DNA of 64,000 bases from Phoronis australis (lineage: Eukaryota > Animalia > Phoronida). The position numbers and the translations under genes were made by a program. Positions 12,471 through 25,035 of this stretch are shown here, in pieces. Where the stretch lies: assembly GCA_002633005.1 (NCBI GenBank), contig NMRA01000966.1, positions 1 through 64,000 of the forward strand. Reading direction: 5' to 3'. Position 1 is the stretch's first letter, and each line of letters opens with the position of its first letter. The notes beneath the pieces were generated by a model. The model was not told where the DNA came from. It ran no database searches and saw nothing but the letters and a program-made list of their open reading frames with translations.

Positions 12471-13830
12471 AATAACCCTAAAAGCACACCATTTGCAATG
12501 CTTCAATAAGAATTTCTGTCAGATTTAGGCAAGGTGTGTGGCTGCGGGATTCTTTCCCAGGCAGTAAAAATAGTTTTTGTTTCCAGAACATTTGACCCTG
12601 CCGTAACATAATGTACGGTAATCAGCTATTCTTTAAAGTGAAAACTAAGGAAGCTTTAAAAATACTGCTATTGTACACAAAGTATACAATGTATTTATAA
12701 AAGTCACATAACTGTACATACTAAAGGTAGAAAGCCAGCTAGCTATATGAAGACTATTGTCAACTTACAGCCAGGTAGCTGTGTCTTGAGCTCTGTTAGG
12801 CACCGAAACTTCACACAACCCGGGTAGCTTAACTCGTCACTTCGTCGTGAAACTTATATCAACTTGTAGAGCTAACGAGCGGCGGGGGTGCGTGCAGAAT
12901 CTTTGGGTATCAACCGACACTCACTTTGCCCATTGCAGCCGTTTATGTGAAAAAACAATCTAATAAACGTCATTTTTGCGTAATTCTTCGCCTTTAGTAA
13001 CAAAAAGTCTGTCGTCGTTTTGAAAACAATGCGCTCGTGACACGCGCTACTGCCATTTCCTACTGAAATTTTGCGATATCTTTCGGTACTGGATGATGAC
13101 TGCTTCGCAGCGAGTTGGGTTTGCAGGTACTAAGATAACAAAACTTGTAACGAAATGAAACCAGTTCTGATTGTTATGACATGTACGCAACCTTGTGGAA
13201 CAGAACATTGAAGTATCGGGGAAATTGGCCAATAGGTGACACAATGGCACCGAAAGCCGACCCTAAACAGCCCACCACAATTTTAGCAGCAAAATACGAT
13301 AGAAGAACAATTTTCCAACATCGGTAAATATTTAAGTTTACTCAAGGAAAAGTTAGTTTTTAATGACATCATTAATTCTGGCGGCCCAAAGTAGTATATA
13401 AGCAACAGAAGCCGGAGGGAGTGAAATTAAGCCAACAGACTGACGTCACCCAGGCCGTTGAGTCAATGGACTGGCGTCGCCAAGGCCAGTACGAAACTGG
13501 CCACCCTCCCTCTGTATCAGTGAAAAAATGCCCTGCGAGAAAAAAAACAGAACACCTCAATTCTATAAAAATGGCCAGTGCACTACCTGGGAACAAGGCG
13601 GTGCCGAAATGGGCGCAACGAAGGTCTGTAGTGGAGTGGGGGAGACGGAGTTTGCGCGAATGATGCATTTTGTATAGATACACTCTGTATTATTACAGAC
13701 ATGTTAAACATGTATCCGCACACTTGTACGTACTCACACATGGACACACACATGCACCAACACATCCACGTTAAGGCTAACATGAGCTTTCTAATTATGA
13801 TGTAGTTTCGCTCAAAAACGTCCAAAAACA

Positions 13831-14269
13831 AATCGCAGTTCCGGTTAACAGCTCCAGTTAACATCGCAGTTAACAGGTGGATTTAAGACCGCAGCGTCGA
13901 TGCTGCGGTGCAGTATGAACGCTTAACTCCGGTCCAATCGAAGTTATCGCCAGGTGCCACGACTGTTATCGTCAACAGTTACAAGGTAGTGCCGTCACTA
14001 ATAGCTGCTTATATTTTGCTCTAATAGTAACCAATCGATTTAAAAATAAGTTTAATGTCACTTAGCACATGTAAATGTTTCCAAATTGAAACATTGGAAA
14101 AAATCTTAGCGTGCAACGCTACCTTGCGATAACTTCGATGACGACAGCAGCACACAACCGCTTACTTTGATGTTCATTAACTACCGAAGCCAGTATGAAC
14201 GGTCCAGTTAACTGCGCTGTTTACATCGACGTTCCCCTCAGACCGGAGTTAAGTCAATATGAAAGGGCT
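13831..14269 (-). mobile_element. Harbinger/PIF-like MITE, family A copy 2
   Basis: Reverse complement of 1645-2010; ends GTCAATATGAAAGGGCT followed by TTA. Confidence 0.7.
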
Positions 14270-14999
14270 TTACGTGTACCGCATAAAAGTAATGTTGGTT
14301 TAATATGTAAATTTATGCAGTATGTCTGAGTGTAATTTGAATTGTTAGTTATTCAAGTCTAACATGGCCTGTCTAAATATTTTACACAAGGAAGTCTCAA
14401 TCGGGCTGCACTGGATATTGCATCCAATTAAGGCTTTAATAACCTTGAATCATTCTGATGTCTTATTACATACAGCTTTTGATAATAATAGCCTATGGGG
14501 CTCGTTGTTTTCTTTAGGCTAGCACACACCATGTATTTTTATGTGCAACATTGTCGGAGGTGGAAAAGAGTATCTTGCATAGTCCTTCACAACATGAGCA
14601 TCTAATTTATTTTGTATATTGGCTTGGAAATCCAGCCTCATCAATGCTTGTTTATTGAAAGGCTACATAGTTCATGTCTATGCATAACATTGACCTTTAC
14701 TCCATCACAGCAACTTAAAGCAAGACAAGTCAGGACACAACCTGAAATACTATTTCCATTCAAAATGGAAAGCAGTAGCCTTGTTAATTCTTAAGATTTC
14801 GACCAAAATAAAGTCAATACTCAGTGAAATCCATATGCAAACTACCAATATACCCCAGGTTATATGTGGTAGCTATCCTCATCAGTATACCTCATTATTG
14901 GCTGGATTTAGATCAAAGACACCTTGATGTTGTGGTTAGTTAAATTGCCTCAAGGGGCCTGCTGATGTTATCCGACTCTAGAAAATGAGACACAATCAT

Positions 15000-15560
15000 A
15001 AAAACAATAGTATTTTTGAATTCTCTTTGAAAGTTTCTAAATAGCATATTTGAATAGTTTGTGAAAAGCACACGCGATAAGGTTTTTGAAATTTGAAAAT
15101 TGGACAAGAATTGTGACTTTTACAACCTAAGTTGTATGTTCAATGCTGCAATGCTATGTTCATCATTATTTCTGCTGCTTGTGCAACATAGTTGGGCCAT
15201 TTACCAAACCATGAGGCAGCAGTTGGATTTTGAGAGAAGCCAAGTGTCATCATGCAATTCTTAGTATGGCTGATTTCAGAGGCCAACTATTTGATGCTGC
15301 TCATCTAACACCCTAACACCCACTATGGGGCAATGCCAGATGCTTTTTCAAGAGTGACTGTCCACCTTTTCTTGTGTCACTGGTATGCATGGGCAGCATA
15401 GACAGTAACTGGTCTCCTGAGACAGCATTTGGTGCTATGTCACATTTCCCAAGGGGCAACTATGAATGCTTCTTAACCATTGGGATTACAATAGGGACTT
15501 ATCACCTAACCTTTATTTACATGATGGGCCTCTTTGGTTTGAACAGAAGTGGGTTTTACT
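15000..15560 (+). repeat. Dispersed repeat family F (unclassified)
   Basis: About 15080-15270 resembles about 44920-45125 (ggacaagaa.tgtgactttta; ccaagtgtcatcat.caattctt). About 15430-15550 resembles the reverse complement of about 40600-40725. Confidence 0.6.
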
Positions 15561-16668
15561 AATTACAACTGCCTGATGGTGGCAACGTGTCTTTCCTGCC
15601 CATTTTAGACTCTGCAGACATTAAAAACTAACCCCCCCCTCGTTGAATATTGAACTTTTTCACTGTCTGAACAGCAAAAATTAGCTAACTACAAAGAAAA
15701 GAGAAATGACACCCATTTCAACTGCTGTTTCGTTGTTGATGTATCCCAAGTTCTATTGTACAATCTGTCTGAGCATCACTATAGGGTGATTTGACTTGTG
15801 TACACCACTTCTCATCAAAGCCATCTTGGATGGAGGAGTGTATCATGGAGGTTCCTGTATTCGAGGAGTTTCCTTATTCTTGAATCACAGTCAACATTTT
15901 TTATCATTTGGTACCTGTTTCTTTTTCTCCACTAGAAGTATTTGTAAACAGTTTTATGAATAAATCAAACGTGATTATTTTCAGTTCGTTCTGTACTGTA
16001 TAATAACGATATTGATACTTTATTTAGTGCCCCTTGCATTACAAATCTTTGAAAACCCATTGTAGTTTGGTTCATGGTGTGGGGTGGAAGCCTTTGTTCT
16101 TTTCTACAACAAGCTAGCTTTTCAATTACATGTGATAAAACCCTCTACCCAGCGTAGTCGTATGATTGCTTCACAAGTAAATATTCACAGTTGCAAACTT
16201 AATTTTTTAAGTTTTAAGTTTGAGACTTCGCACTGTCCTTAGTTAGTCTTGTATGGGAATGAAATTTAGTGTTTGGTGTTTGTATACAGTTTAAAATATC
16301 CTATTCTGTTGCATTCTGGTGTTATGTATTAATTACTATCGTGTAGAATTAAAAGGAATATTTGTGGTCAAGAGTGTTTTATTTGTCAGTTAGGTAAGCA
16401 ACACTTACATGTGTTAACTAGGTGACATACGGTGATGTCCACTCAAAAAAGTGCTGTAAACATGGGAGAAATGTACTATAATCGTTAAGTACATTGCCCA
16501 GTTGCAGAATAATTCTTCGCACTGAATCGGGATGATGCGTTTTGACGTCTTTCCTTGTTTTTAACAGCTTGCCTCAGAATATTCTTCAGCTCCTGATATG
16601 TCAGCATAATGACATGTGCACAGTGTGTTATGAAACCATTTTTGATTCGTTTTGACCATTTTTTTCAG

Positions 16669-16815
16669 AGACGTTATCTGAGGCGGTAAAGATGCTTAAA
16701 GGTGAATACCTGATACGAGCTATTAATGAGCACAAAATGGATAAGGCTCTTATATTCTGTCGGACGAAGGTGGACTGTGACAACACCGAAAAGTATCTCA
16801 TCTCTATGGGTGGAG
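16669..16815 (+). CDS. DDX1: DDX1 internal exon (helicase C-terminal domain, motif IV region)
   Basis: tttttcAG|...|GTaat, phase 1/1. Translates (E)[48 protein letters not shown], matching DDX1 SEAIKILKGEY...IIFCRTKIDCDN. Confidence 0.95.
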
Positions 16816-17099
16816 GTAATGAATATCATTTCTCTTTGGTTGTCATTTGGGACAGAATGTGAAAGTGACTTGACTGAGTGTTTAGAATGCAATATGACCA
16901 ACTATAAGTGAAATTTGATTTCATCATTTTATCCACAAAACACACTTAGCACCAAATTAAATGTTGTTTCCGTGTTCACGTTTTGTACCACAGCTACAAT
17001 CAGACAAGTCTGAAAAGTTTTAGGCAGTAACAACAATTCTAGATGCCTTCTAATAATGAAAATGATAATTTTTCCAATTAATTTTGTCCCAAACTGGTG

Positions 17100-17560
17100 A
17101 TGGGACAACTCCTACGCTAACGTTTGGGGTTTTGTTACCCCAAAGTCTATGCATTCTAAGCCAGACTGTGACTAATCTGTCCTAATCGATTCACAAGTTA
17201 ATACCTCGTGGCTCAGCTGTGATGCTGAAGAAAACCTATTTGCTAATTTCTCGGATAATGCATCAACTTTAAAAATTCAAAGATGGCTACTATTTACAGT
17301 TCAGTTTTAAAATAAGTCATGTTGGTCGTTTGCTTTACTTAATGTTTATATTTTGAATTTGAAACTCATACTCTAAACAAAGGTGTTTGGTTTATGTCCA
17401 GCACCTTCATCCAAGCCCATGAATAGCGACTAGCTGACTTCAATCCGTAACTGCACCTTTGATGTGCTGATTACTTCTCTGGATACTTTGGGTTAAACTG
17501 TGCATGCTTTCTCGTCCACTTGCGTGCAAATCCTGTTAGCGTAAGATTTGCCCAATGTGC
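17100..17560 (-). repeat. Family B copy
   Basis: Reverse complement of about 36090-36550 (ctttctcgtccacttgcgtgcaaat). Confidence 0.75.
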
Positions 17561-18120
17561 GATTTCACCATTAGCACTGCAAACTTGGAGGTGGTTTATT
17601 CACGGCCTAAAGATTGAAAACTGTTTAGCTGTGGAAAATAGGAAGTTTTAAGTCTACTTCTTACTTCAAAACTTATAACAATTATAAACATAAATGCAAA
17701 TTTGTCTCTCTTCAGCAGACTATATGCAATTTCATGCCCATTCGCAATAGCTGATAACATTAAGATGAGAATTGCCTAACATGTCAAGATTTGTTTTCAC
17801 TTTTTGCTCTTTTGATAGACTACTTTTATTGGTGGTGCTGTCGTATTCTATTCATAACCCTTGAAATCCCTAAGACTTCACCTTGGTCATTTTCTATTAT
17901 GAAATTGAATCAAGACATGACAATGAGATTTTCTAAAGTTAGAGCCCGTTTCCTCAATGCCTTCTGAAAGTTAAAGACATGTTTGCACTACCTATAGAAC
18001 CTGTCTATTGTATGTGAAGATCTCTTTCCTGGGGCCATTATAAATATCCCCTCCTCCGTACAATTTCAACTCCCTAGAACCTGTCTGTTGTATGTGGAGA
18101 TCCCTTTCCTGGGGCTATTA

Positions 18121-19257
18121 CACTGCAATTATGTCCACTAGCTGGATCAGTAAAAGAACCCAAAACTTCTCTCAATGATGAGCTAGCCCTTATCCATGAC
18201 TGGCTTATTCAAACTAAACTCACTCTTAACGTTAGTAAAACCAAGTCCATGCTGTTTGGAACCCACCAGAAATTAAAACAACAAAAACTGTCTCTTTCTA
18301 TCAACGGTTCTTCCATCGAGAATGTTGACAAGTTTAACTACTTGGGCCTTATTTTATATCCCAGTCTTAAATTTAATATGCACATAGATCCTACCACAAA
18401 GAAATTATCAAAGAAAATCGGTGTACTTAAACGTCTAGTAGGCAAATTTCTTAATGTCATTACTCTTAAGACACTTTACCATTCTATTATTCAGTCTCAT
18501 ATTGATTATTGTTTACTGGTTTGGGGGCACACTAGTGACACACTTGTTAGCTAAGTCCAAGTAATCCAAAATAGAGCCTCCAGGGCTATCCTGGGTACTA
18601 GAATTAGGGACACTAGGGTTGAAGACTTGCATTCCAAGCTGGGATTTATGAAAGTAAGACAAAGAAATAAATATCTCTCTGCCTGTTGTATGTACAGATG
18701 TATCAATGCCTTGGCTCCTGCATATCTCAGCAGTAAATTCAATAGCAGTCAGGCTGTATATTCTACACGTTCTTCTGTTGCTGGCAATGTTTCTTCTAAA
18801 ACAATTGAAACCGAGATGGGCAAGAGATCTTTTATCTATGCAGCTGCTGTAATATGGAATTCTCTTAGCCCAGAAATTAAACGGTCCAATTCAATTACTA
18901 CCTTCAAAGTCAATATTAAAAAGTGGCTGTAATTTACCTAACCTTTTATACCCTGCCTGTCTTAATCATGTCATTTTTTCATTGTCGTAAATACACTGAA
19001 TGTCTAGAATCATCTCTTAATTTATTTCATCTGTCTTAGTTAAATTTTACCGTTATTTGTCATTTAGTTATTGTCTTAATTCTCCACCTGTTTTAATTGT
19101 TTTTTTTTTTGTTAGGTATATTTCATTGTTGTTTTATTACTTCATTGTATTATATTACTGTTTTTCTTGTTGAGGGCCCTCTTGGAAAGCAGTGCTATCC
19201 GACTGAAGAGGCCACCCTCATTTTAAATATCACAATAAATAAATAAATAAAATAAAT
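18121..19257 (+). mobile_element. 5'-truncated LINE (L2/Crack/CR1 group): RT C-terminus, 3'UTR and tail
   Basis: KLTLNVSKTKSMLFG..., FNYLGLIL, IIQSHIDYCLLVWG, KRSFIYAAAVIWNSLSPEIK...FKVNIKKWL*. T-rich UTR, terminal gagggc...ccctc stem and (AATA)n tail at about 19235-19257. Confidence 0.9.
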
Positions 19258-20370
19258 CCCCCTCCTCCGTATAGTTTCAACTCCCTACAAAAACCATTCC
19301 CAAGATGAGATAAGCTCGTGAAGCGTTCTCGCAATCATTTGTTGGAGCTTACAAGTCCTAAACCAGTTACCACGTACATTGCTCAACAAACCAGTAACGA
19401 CATCGTTTTTGGCTAGTATTTGTCGTATTTATTTGGCGAAAAACAATTCCAACATAACATAATAAGGCTGAAGTAATTTATCAGCATTATGCTTGCGCAG
19501 TCACAGAGATGGCTAGTTTGTTCCCGCCCTATTCACATGAGTGGTACATCATGCTCAGAGCGACAACTTCTGCCTCGCACTATCTAATAATGTGCATGGA
19601 TGCTTCTCTTACAGTGGAGACACGTTCACTTGTGCAAGTTGTTCTAAGTCGAGTCTGTGTGTGGATGGAGCTAGAGTTGTTATCCGGGAATGTGCGTGCA
19701 TAACCTCGCCATTCATAATTTGGTAGCAAAATACAACATGCTATATTCCCCTCTCTGGTCCGTATTAACGTAATTGATGATAGCTTCTAAATATTACTCA
19801 TCATCAGATTTCATACTTTTCAAGCAAAGAAAAGATTTCTTCATCTATATTTTTGTTGAGAAACTTGATAAAATAAAATGTTACTTGTCTGCTACATTGT
19901 GCACTAAAACTGGTGAAGACTACCTGTAGTGAGCTGCTTATCGGCGTTATTGTTTGTAATTTATGGTACTCTTTAAATGCGTCCCTGCTAATCTCATATT
20001 CCCACTTTCTTGCAACAACTCCCATCGATTAATGAACTCAGTTACAGAGTGCAAATTAACCTTTTTAAATGTGCACCAGGGTTTAGTTGATGTGAGTTTG
20101 TATCGGCTTTGTGTCAGCCTCGCAAACATCAAAACTAACTTAATAGTTAGTTTGCTTCTGCGAACATTTTCTTTCATGGCTATGGTTAAGTCCTTTTCTC
20201 TATGAACTGCCCACAGCTTACTAGATGTATTCCGTCTAACATATATTTTAATTACAACTTTTGTTATTACTATTTTAATCTCTTTTCCTGAGTTCTTAAC
20301 CTTTGATGATTTTAATGCCTCTTCGACTACTAATTATAGGAGGCCAAAACTGTAATTCACCTTTTCTTAA

Positions 20371-21157
20371 GGCCCTTTCTTACTGACGTAACTCCAGTCT
20401 GAGTGGAGCATCGACGTAAACTGCGAAGATAACTAAACCATTCATACCAGCTTATTGGACACCGAAGTAAGCAGTGGGTGATGCTGTCATCATCAAAGTA
20501 ATTGCAAGGTGGTGCTGATGCATCATTTGCACGCTAAAATTTTTTAATGTGATAATTTGGGATCATTTACATGTGGTAATTGACATAAAACTTATTTCTA
20601 ATTCAATTGGTGATTATTCAAGCAAAATATAAGCAATTAGCGATGACACCGCCCTTTAATTGTTTACAATGGTCCCTGGTAATAACTTCGATGGGGCCGA
20701 AGTTAACTGTTCATACTGCTCTGCAGTGTCCATGCTCTGCTGTTAAATCCACCTGTTTACTATGAAGTTACCTGGCACTGTTAGCTTTGATTCTGGACTG
20801 AAGTTAAAGGAGCATGCCACCCAAAACACAACCTAATTTGTATCAGTTTAGATCGAGTAGTTCTACTCCATAAGGGCACGTACGGTTGCGTTACCTGTAA
20901 AGCGGGAACGATACACCGCAACATAATGGTATTAACTCTGCAAATGAACCACTGACGTCGCTGCTTCGTTTCTCACTTTCCTCACAGGTTAACGCGACAC
21001 CTCTTGGCAAGGTAAGGTCGACCGTATGCGAGGCGATGTGGATATAGACCGATTAAGACGACAAAAAAGACTAATTAAATCGGGTGGCTCCTTTAACCCA
21101 TCATACTGACCACAACTCCCCAAAATATCGTTGCGTTGACGTTAGTATGAAAGGGCC
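20371..21157 (+). mobile_element. Harbinger/PIF-like MITE, family A copy 3 (both TIRs; hosts a nested element)
   Basis: TIRs GGCCCTTTCTTACTGAC / GTTAGTATGAAAGGGCC; flanks TAA / TAC. Confidence 0.75.
20808..21092 (-). mobile_element. Kolobok-like non-autonomous element, 285-bp deletion derivative
   Basis: TTAA|AGGAGCATGCCACCC...GGGTGGCTCCT|TTAA; consists of the two ends of the 22802-25195 element. Confidence 0.85.
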
Positions 21158-21673
21158 TACTGCAATTGGTGAAGGTAGGCATTAAGCTTACTGTCATTGG
21201 CTGAGTGTCCATGATATTACTCAGCATTTCCTAATTAGAAACTGCTCTATCTGATTTCTATTGGTATTACTGAATGACTAAAACAAATTCCATCCTGTAG
21301 AAACACATCTTCAGGGTCTTGTATTGGGTATCTGGTGGATTAAATGCAGTGAGCCAAAGGCCAGTGGCAAAGCTCAGACAATTTACTCATTCACAGACTT
21401 TTGTTAGAGCTAACTGGACTGTTGTGATTATAAGGTGGTGTCAGATATTATCAGCTGGTGCTTAAGCCTGTTAGTTGGATTTTATAATCCAGTTACCCTG
21501 ATCTTGGGCAAAGATACTATTATAAAATCTTTGTCTTGGGTTGAGGGAGTGTAGAACAAACTTCTTAATGAATAGGTCCTAACAACAAAAGAACTAAAAG
21601 TCTCCTCCACACACAGCCTACCCTAAAACAACTAGCACTAGTGCAACTTATCCCACTTTTGGTGAGGTGTGTG

Positions 21674-21700
21674 CACGCACACACGCACGCATACACACAC

Positions 21701-21741
<41 letters not shown>
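21674..21741 (+). repeat. (CA)n microsatellite
   Basis: cacgcacacacgcacgcatacacacac... Confidence 0.95.
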
Positions 21742-21742
<1 letters not shown>

Positions 21743-22973
21743 ATCCAATAACTAACTAATTAAGGTAAGGTGAAAGTTGTTGCTCTCTGCATGACAATGA
21801 ACAGCTGATGTGAATTACGGCTCACAAAAGAGGACCTTTCTGTAGGCAACCGCAGCAGATAATTACTTTAATCTGCCTTGCCCCAGGTTTGTGGCCACAC
21901 AGCAATGAGAAGTGGTGCATGTTACCCTATCTCCACAAGTTAGAGTAAGTTGTCGTAATTAAGTGGGACAAATTGCACTACCATACTTTTAAATAGGGTC
22001 CACACTGCCCTCAAACCTCCGGTTAGTGGCCTTGTTAAATTACATCCTGAAATGTCATATCTTGATTAGTTAGGGTAATACAGGCTGTTTTGCTGTTTTT
22101 TGTTTGTCGTGTTTTGCAATATTGTCTGCTGGAGGAAAATAAACATTTGAAACCTAAAAAAGAACTCATTCCAGAAGTAAACTTGCTCTAGGGTAAGTGC
22201 TGTATGCGGATGGCACTGAAACCTTCAGCTACATCAGATCACATCCACCAACCTCTGAAGAACCATTACCCATCCCCAAAGATTTTTGGATTTTAATCAG
22301 CGAGTCCAGAGGAAGGGATTTAATCAATTACCATAATTGTTAATGTCAGATTTTAGATTGGAAGCCAATAACAATAATGATTGTTTTATTCAGATCTGAC
22401 AAGTTCTGCAGAAATGTCACATTAATTCCAGTTTTGATTGTCACTACAGTTCATTATGCATTTTACTTCTAGTCTCAAGTCCAATGACTGCTTCAGTGCA
22501 TGGTGTGTGCAGGAATGTTTGTGTCATTTCGTGTGTGAGAAACAATAGCAAGAAGATAATAGTGAATAACAATACAAAAAGTATGTGAGATTTGTTGTCA
22601 GCTTATGTATGAAATTGCTGTGAGAAAAGTACACGCTCACCTGTGAACGAGAGCCAATGACCTCTATTCTTTACATGCGCCCATATAATGTGTGATGTCA
22701 TATTGTCGCCACTTTGTCCGGGCATGGGGTTATCCAGTTGTCCACTTGATATCTCGAAAACCATTGGTCACATTTTGAAGAAATTTGCCACCAATGTTTA
22801 AAGGAGAATACCACCCGATTTAATTAGTCTTTTTTACCATCTTAATTGGTCTATATCCACATCGTCTCACACACAGTCGACCTTACCTTGCCAAGAGGTG
22901 TCGCGATAACCTGTAAGGAAGGTGAGAAATGACGCAGTGATGTAAGAGGTTCATCTGCAGAGTGAATGCCGCT

Positions 22974-23162
22974 ATGTTGCGGTGCATCGTTCCCGCTTGC
23001 CCGAACTATGGAGCTGCGAGGAAAGCGGGCATATCGTTTTTTCGACTTCCTCGAGAACCCGAATTGCTTAGGAAGTGGCTCGCGGTAGTGAAGAATGAAA
23101 AGTATGCTGTTAATAGCAAGTATGAGGCCATGAAACATCTCCGTGTCTGTGGCTGACATTTG
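22974..23162 (+). pseudogene. THAP zinc-finger remnant
   Basis: MLRCIVPAC...FFRLPREPELLRKWL...LRVCG*HL: the C2CH THAP signature with conserved P/W and a stop at 23154-23156. Confidence 0.8.
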
Positions 23163-24125
23163 GTCGACAGTGATTTCTCTGACGATTGCCGGGTTACCAA
23201 AGAACTATCCATACGTTCCATTGCCTGTGCATGTTCATGGTTCCTTTCTATTATTTCTTGATCAGTGTATTCCAGTTCGAACTGATAGTCTGTGAAACCT
23301 AACGATCCACCTGTAAAGTCTTCGTCGGATGAGCTCTCGTCTAAGTCTGAGGATTACGAGTTGCAATGTTGACGTTCATTATTCTGCATTGAAATGAATT
23401 ATTCTCACCCTAACCAATGCTTATATGAAACTGAAACAAAGTCTGTCTCACTAGATACAATTTGTAATGTCTTTGGAGTATTTGTGAATGCAAATGTTTT
23501 GAGAAGCCAGCAATGAATAAACCACCATACATTATTCAAATCATTGTTACTGTACAACTTTTGCCCTGACGGTTCTGTGGAAGGGGAACCTCAGTGATTT
23601 CGCGGCCCCCGACAAGTATGTAGATTTTTAGTTTCATAACTAATTCACCAAAATAATTACGTGCACATTATTTCTTTCGCTCATTACTATAGTCTTTTCG
23701 TGACTAGAGGTTTAGTTTCCAGCTAAAGCTCAGGTTTATGTTCGTGATGTCCATTCCCGCCGTTGGCCGCGACAAGCCTGATCGGGTTCCGAGCCACTCA
23801 GGCTAGGATAACCAGCGTTTTGTGTGTTTAGAACTGAAAAAAGTCGCTAGTCTAAAATTACAACAGACAGCCTTATTTTCCTGTTTGTATTTCACGGAAG
23901 AATGATTCGAATTTATCACCAAACAAACCCAAACTACCGCGATCGACCATGGTAAATTGGGCTACCGAACTCTGTTGGCTGTGGTACGTTCAAATGCCTA
24001 TAAATCCGTAACAGTGAAATAAAACAATGTATTTCTAAGGGTTTTACATCCAATTTTGATGATTTATTGGTGTAACATGATGAATTCAAGCAACAAGTTA
24101 ACAGTAAGCATGTTGTGAACGCCTG

Positions 24126-25035
24126 CCCATACCAAAAAAAAGCCTTCCTGCAAACACTTGCCGCAAGCTTGCCGCAAAGTTGCGGCAAGCGCCGCAAAGT
24201 TGCGGCAAGCTTGCTGCAAAAGTTTCTGCAAACCAGCCGCAAACACGTAGAATCAACTCTGACCAAAGAGTGGATGCAAATTTCCTGCAACCCAGCCGCA
24301 AACATTGCCGCAAACTTGCGGCAAGCATGCCGCAAACATGCAGCAAACTTTTACCATGCAAATGAAGTTAGCCGCAAGCTTGCAGCAAACATCTCTATGT
24401 CCTTATATGGAACAGTTCCTGCAACCCAGCTGCACACATTGCTGCAAGCTTGCCGCAAACATCTCTATGGATATGGAACAGTTCCTGCAACCCAGCCGCA
24501 CACATTACTGCAAGCTTGCCGCAAACATCTTCATGGGGTTATATAGAAGTTTCTGCGAACCACCATAAAAAATATTGGATGCAAAACTACAACATACTTG
24601 AATTGTGGCATGAATAATTTATTGTAGAAATGCCAGCTGACAAATACATAANAGTCGAACTTTTGCTCTTCTGCTCATGTATGAACAGACAGTTAAACTT
24701 GTGTTCAATAGTTTGAGTGCAGACTGAGGATGCGTATGACTGAAGGTGATGGCAGCTAAAACACCTACCAGTAGTTAAATATACAATATGCTAATCTTAT
24801 TTTGTGCCCAATAGTTACCATGCATTTAACCAAAATAGAAATTTGTTGTTCCTATTGTGAATCAAACAGTCAGAGAGCGATGTGAAAATTGACACAAACT
24901 TAAGTTTTACAGTCTCAATTAAGTGATTATTTTGAAGGACTGGTTACATGTAACTTGACAATGTTTTGGAAACTAGTTGATTAGTGGTCTCAACCCTGCT
25001 GCAAGCTTGCGGCAAACATGGTCTTTTGGTATGGG
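24126..25035. mobile_element. CMC/EnSpm-like non-autonomous element with subterminal repeats
   Basis: TIRs CCCATACCAAAA / TTTTGGTATGGG, TG duplicated at 24124-24125 and 25036-25037, and many tgccgcaa/gcaagcttgc repeats in both orientations. Confidence 0.7.

Noticed and set aside
22962-23156. Functional host THAP-domain gene
   Set aside because: There is a stop before the final His, it sits inside TTAA-flanked TIRs, and the second copy is frameshifted.
23934-24568. Cluster of overlapping ORFs on both strands
   Set aside because: They come from low-complexity subterminal repeats of a DNA transposon and show no protein signature.
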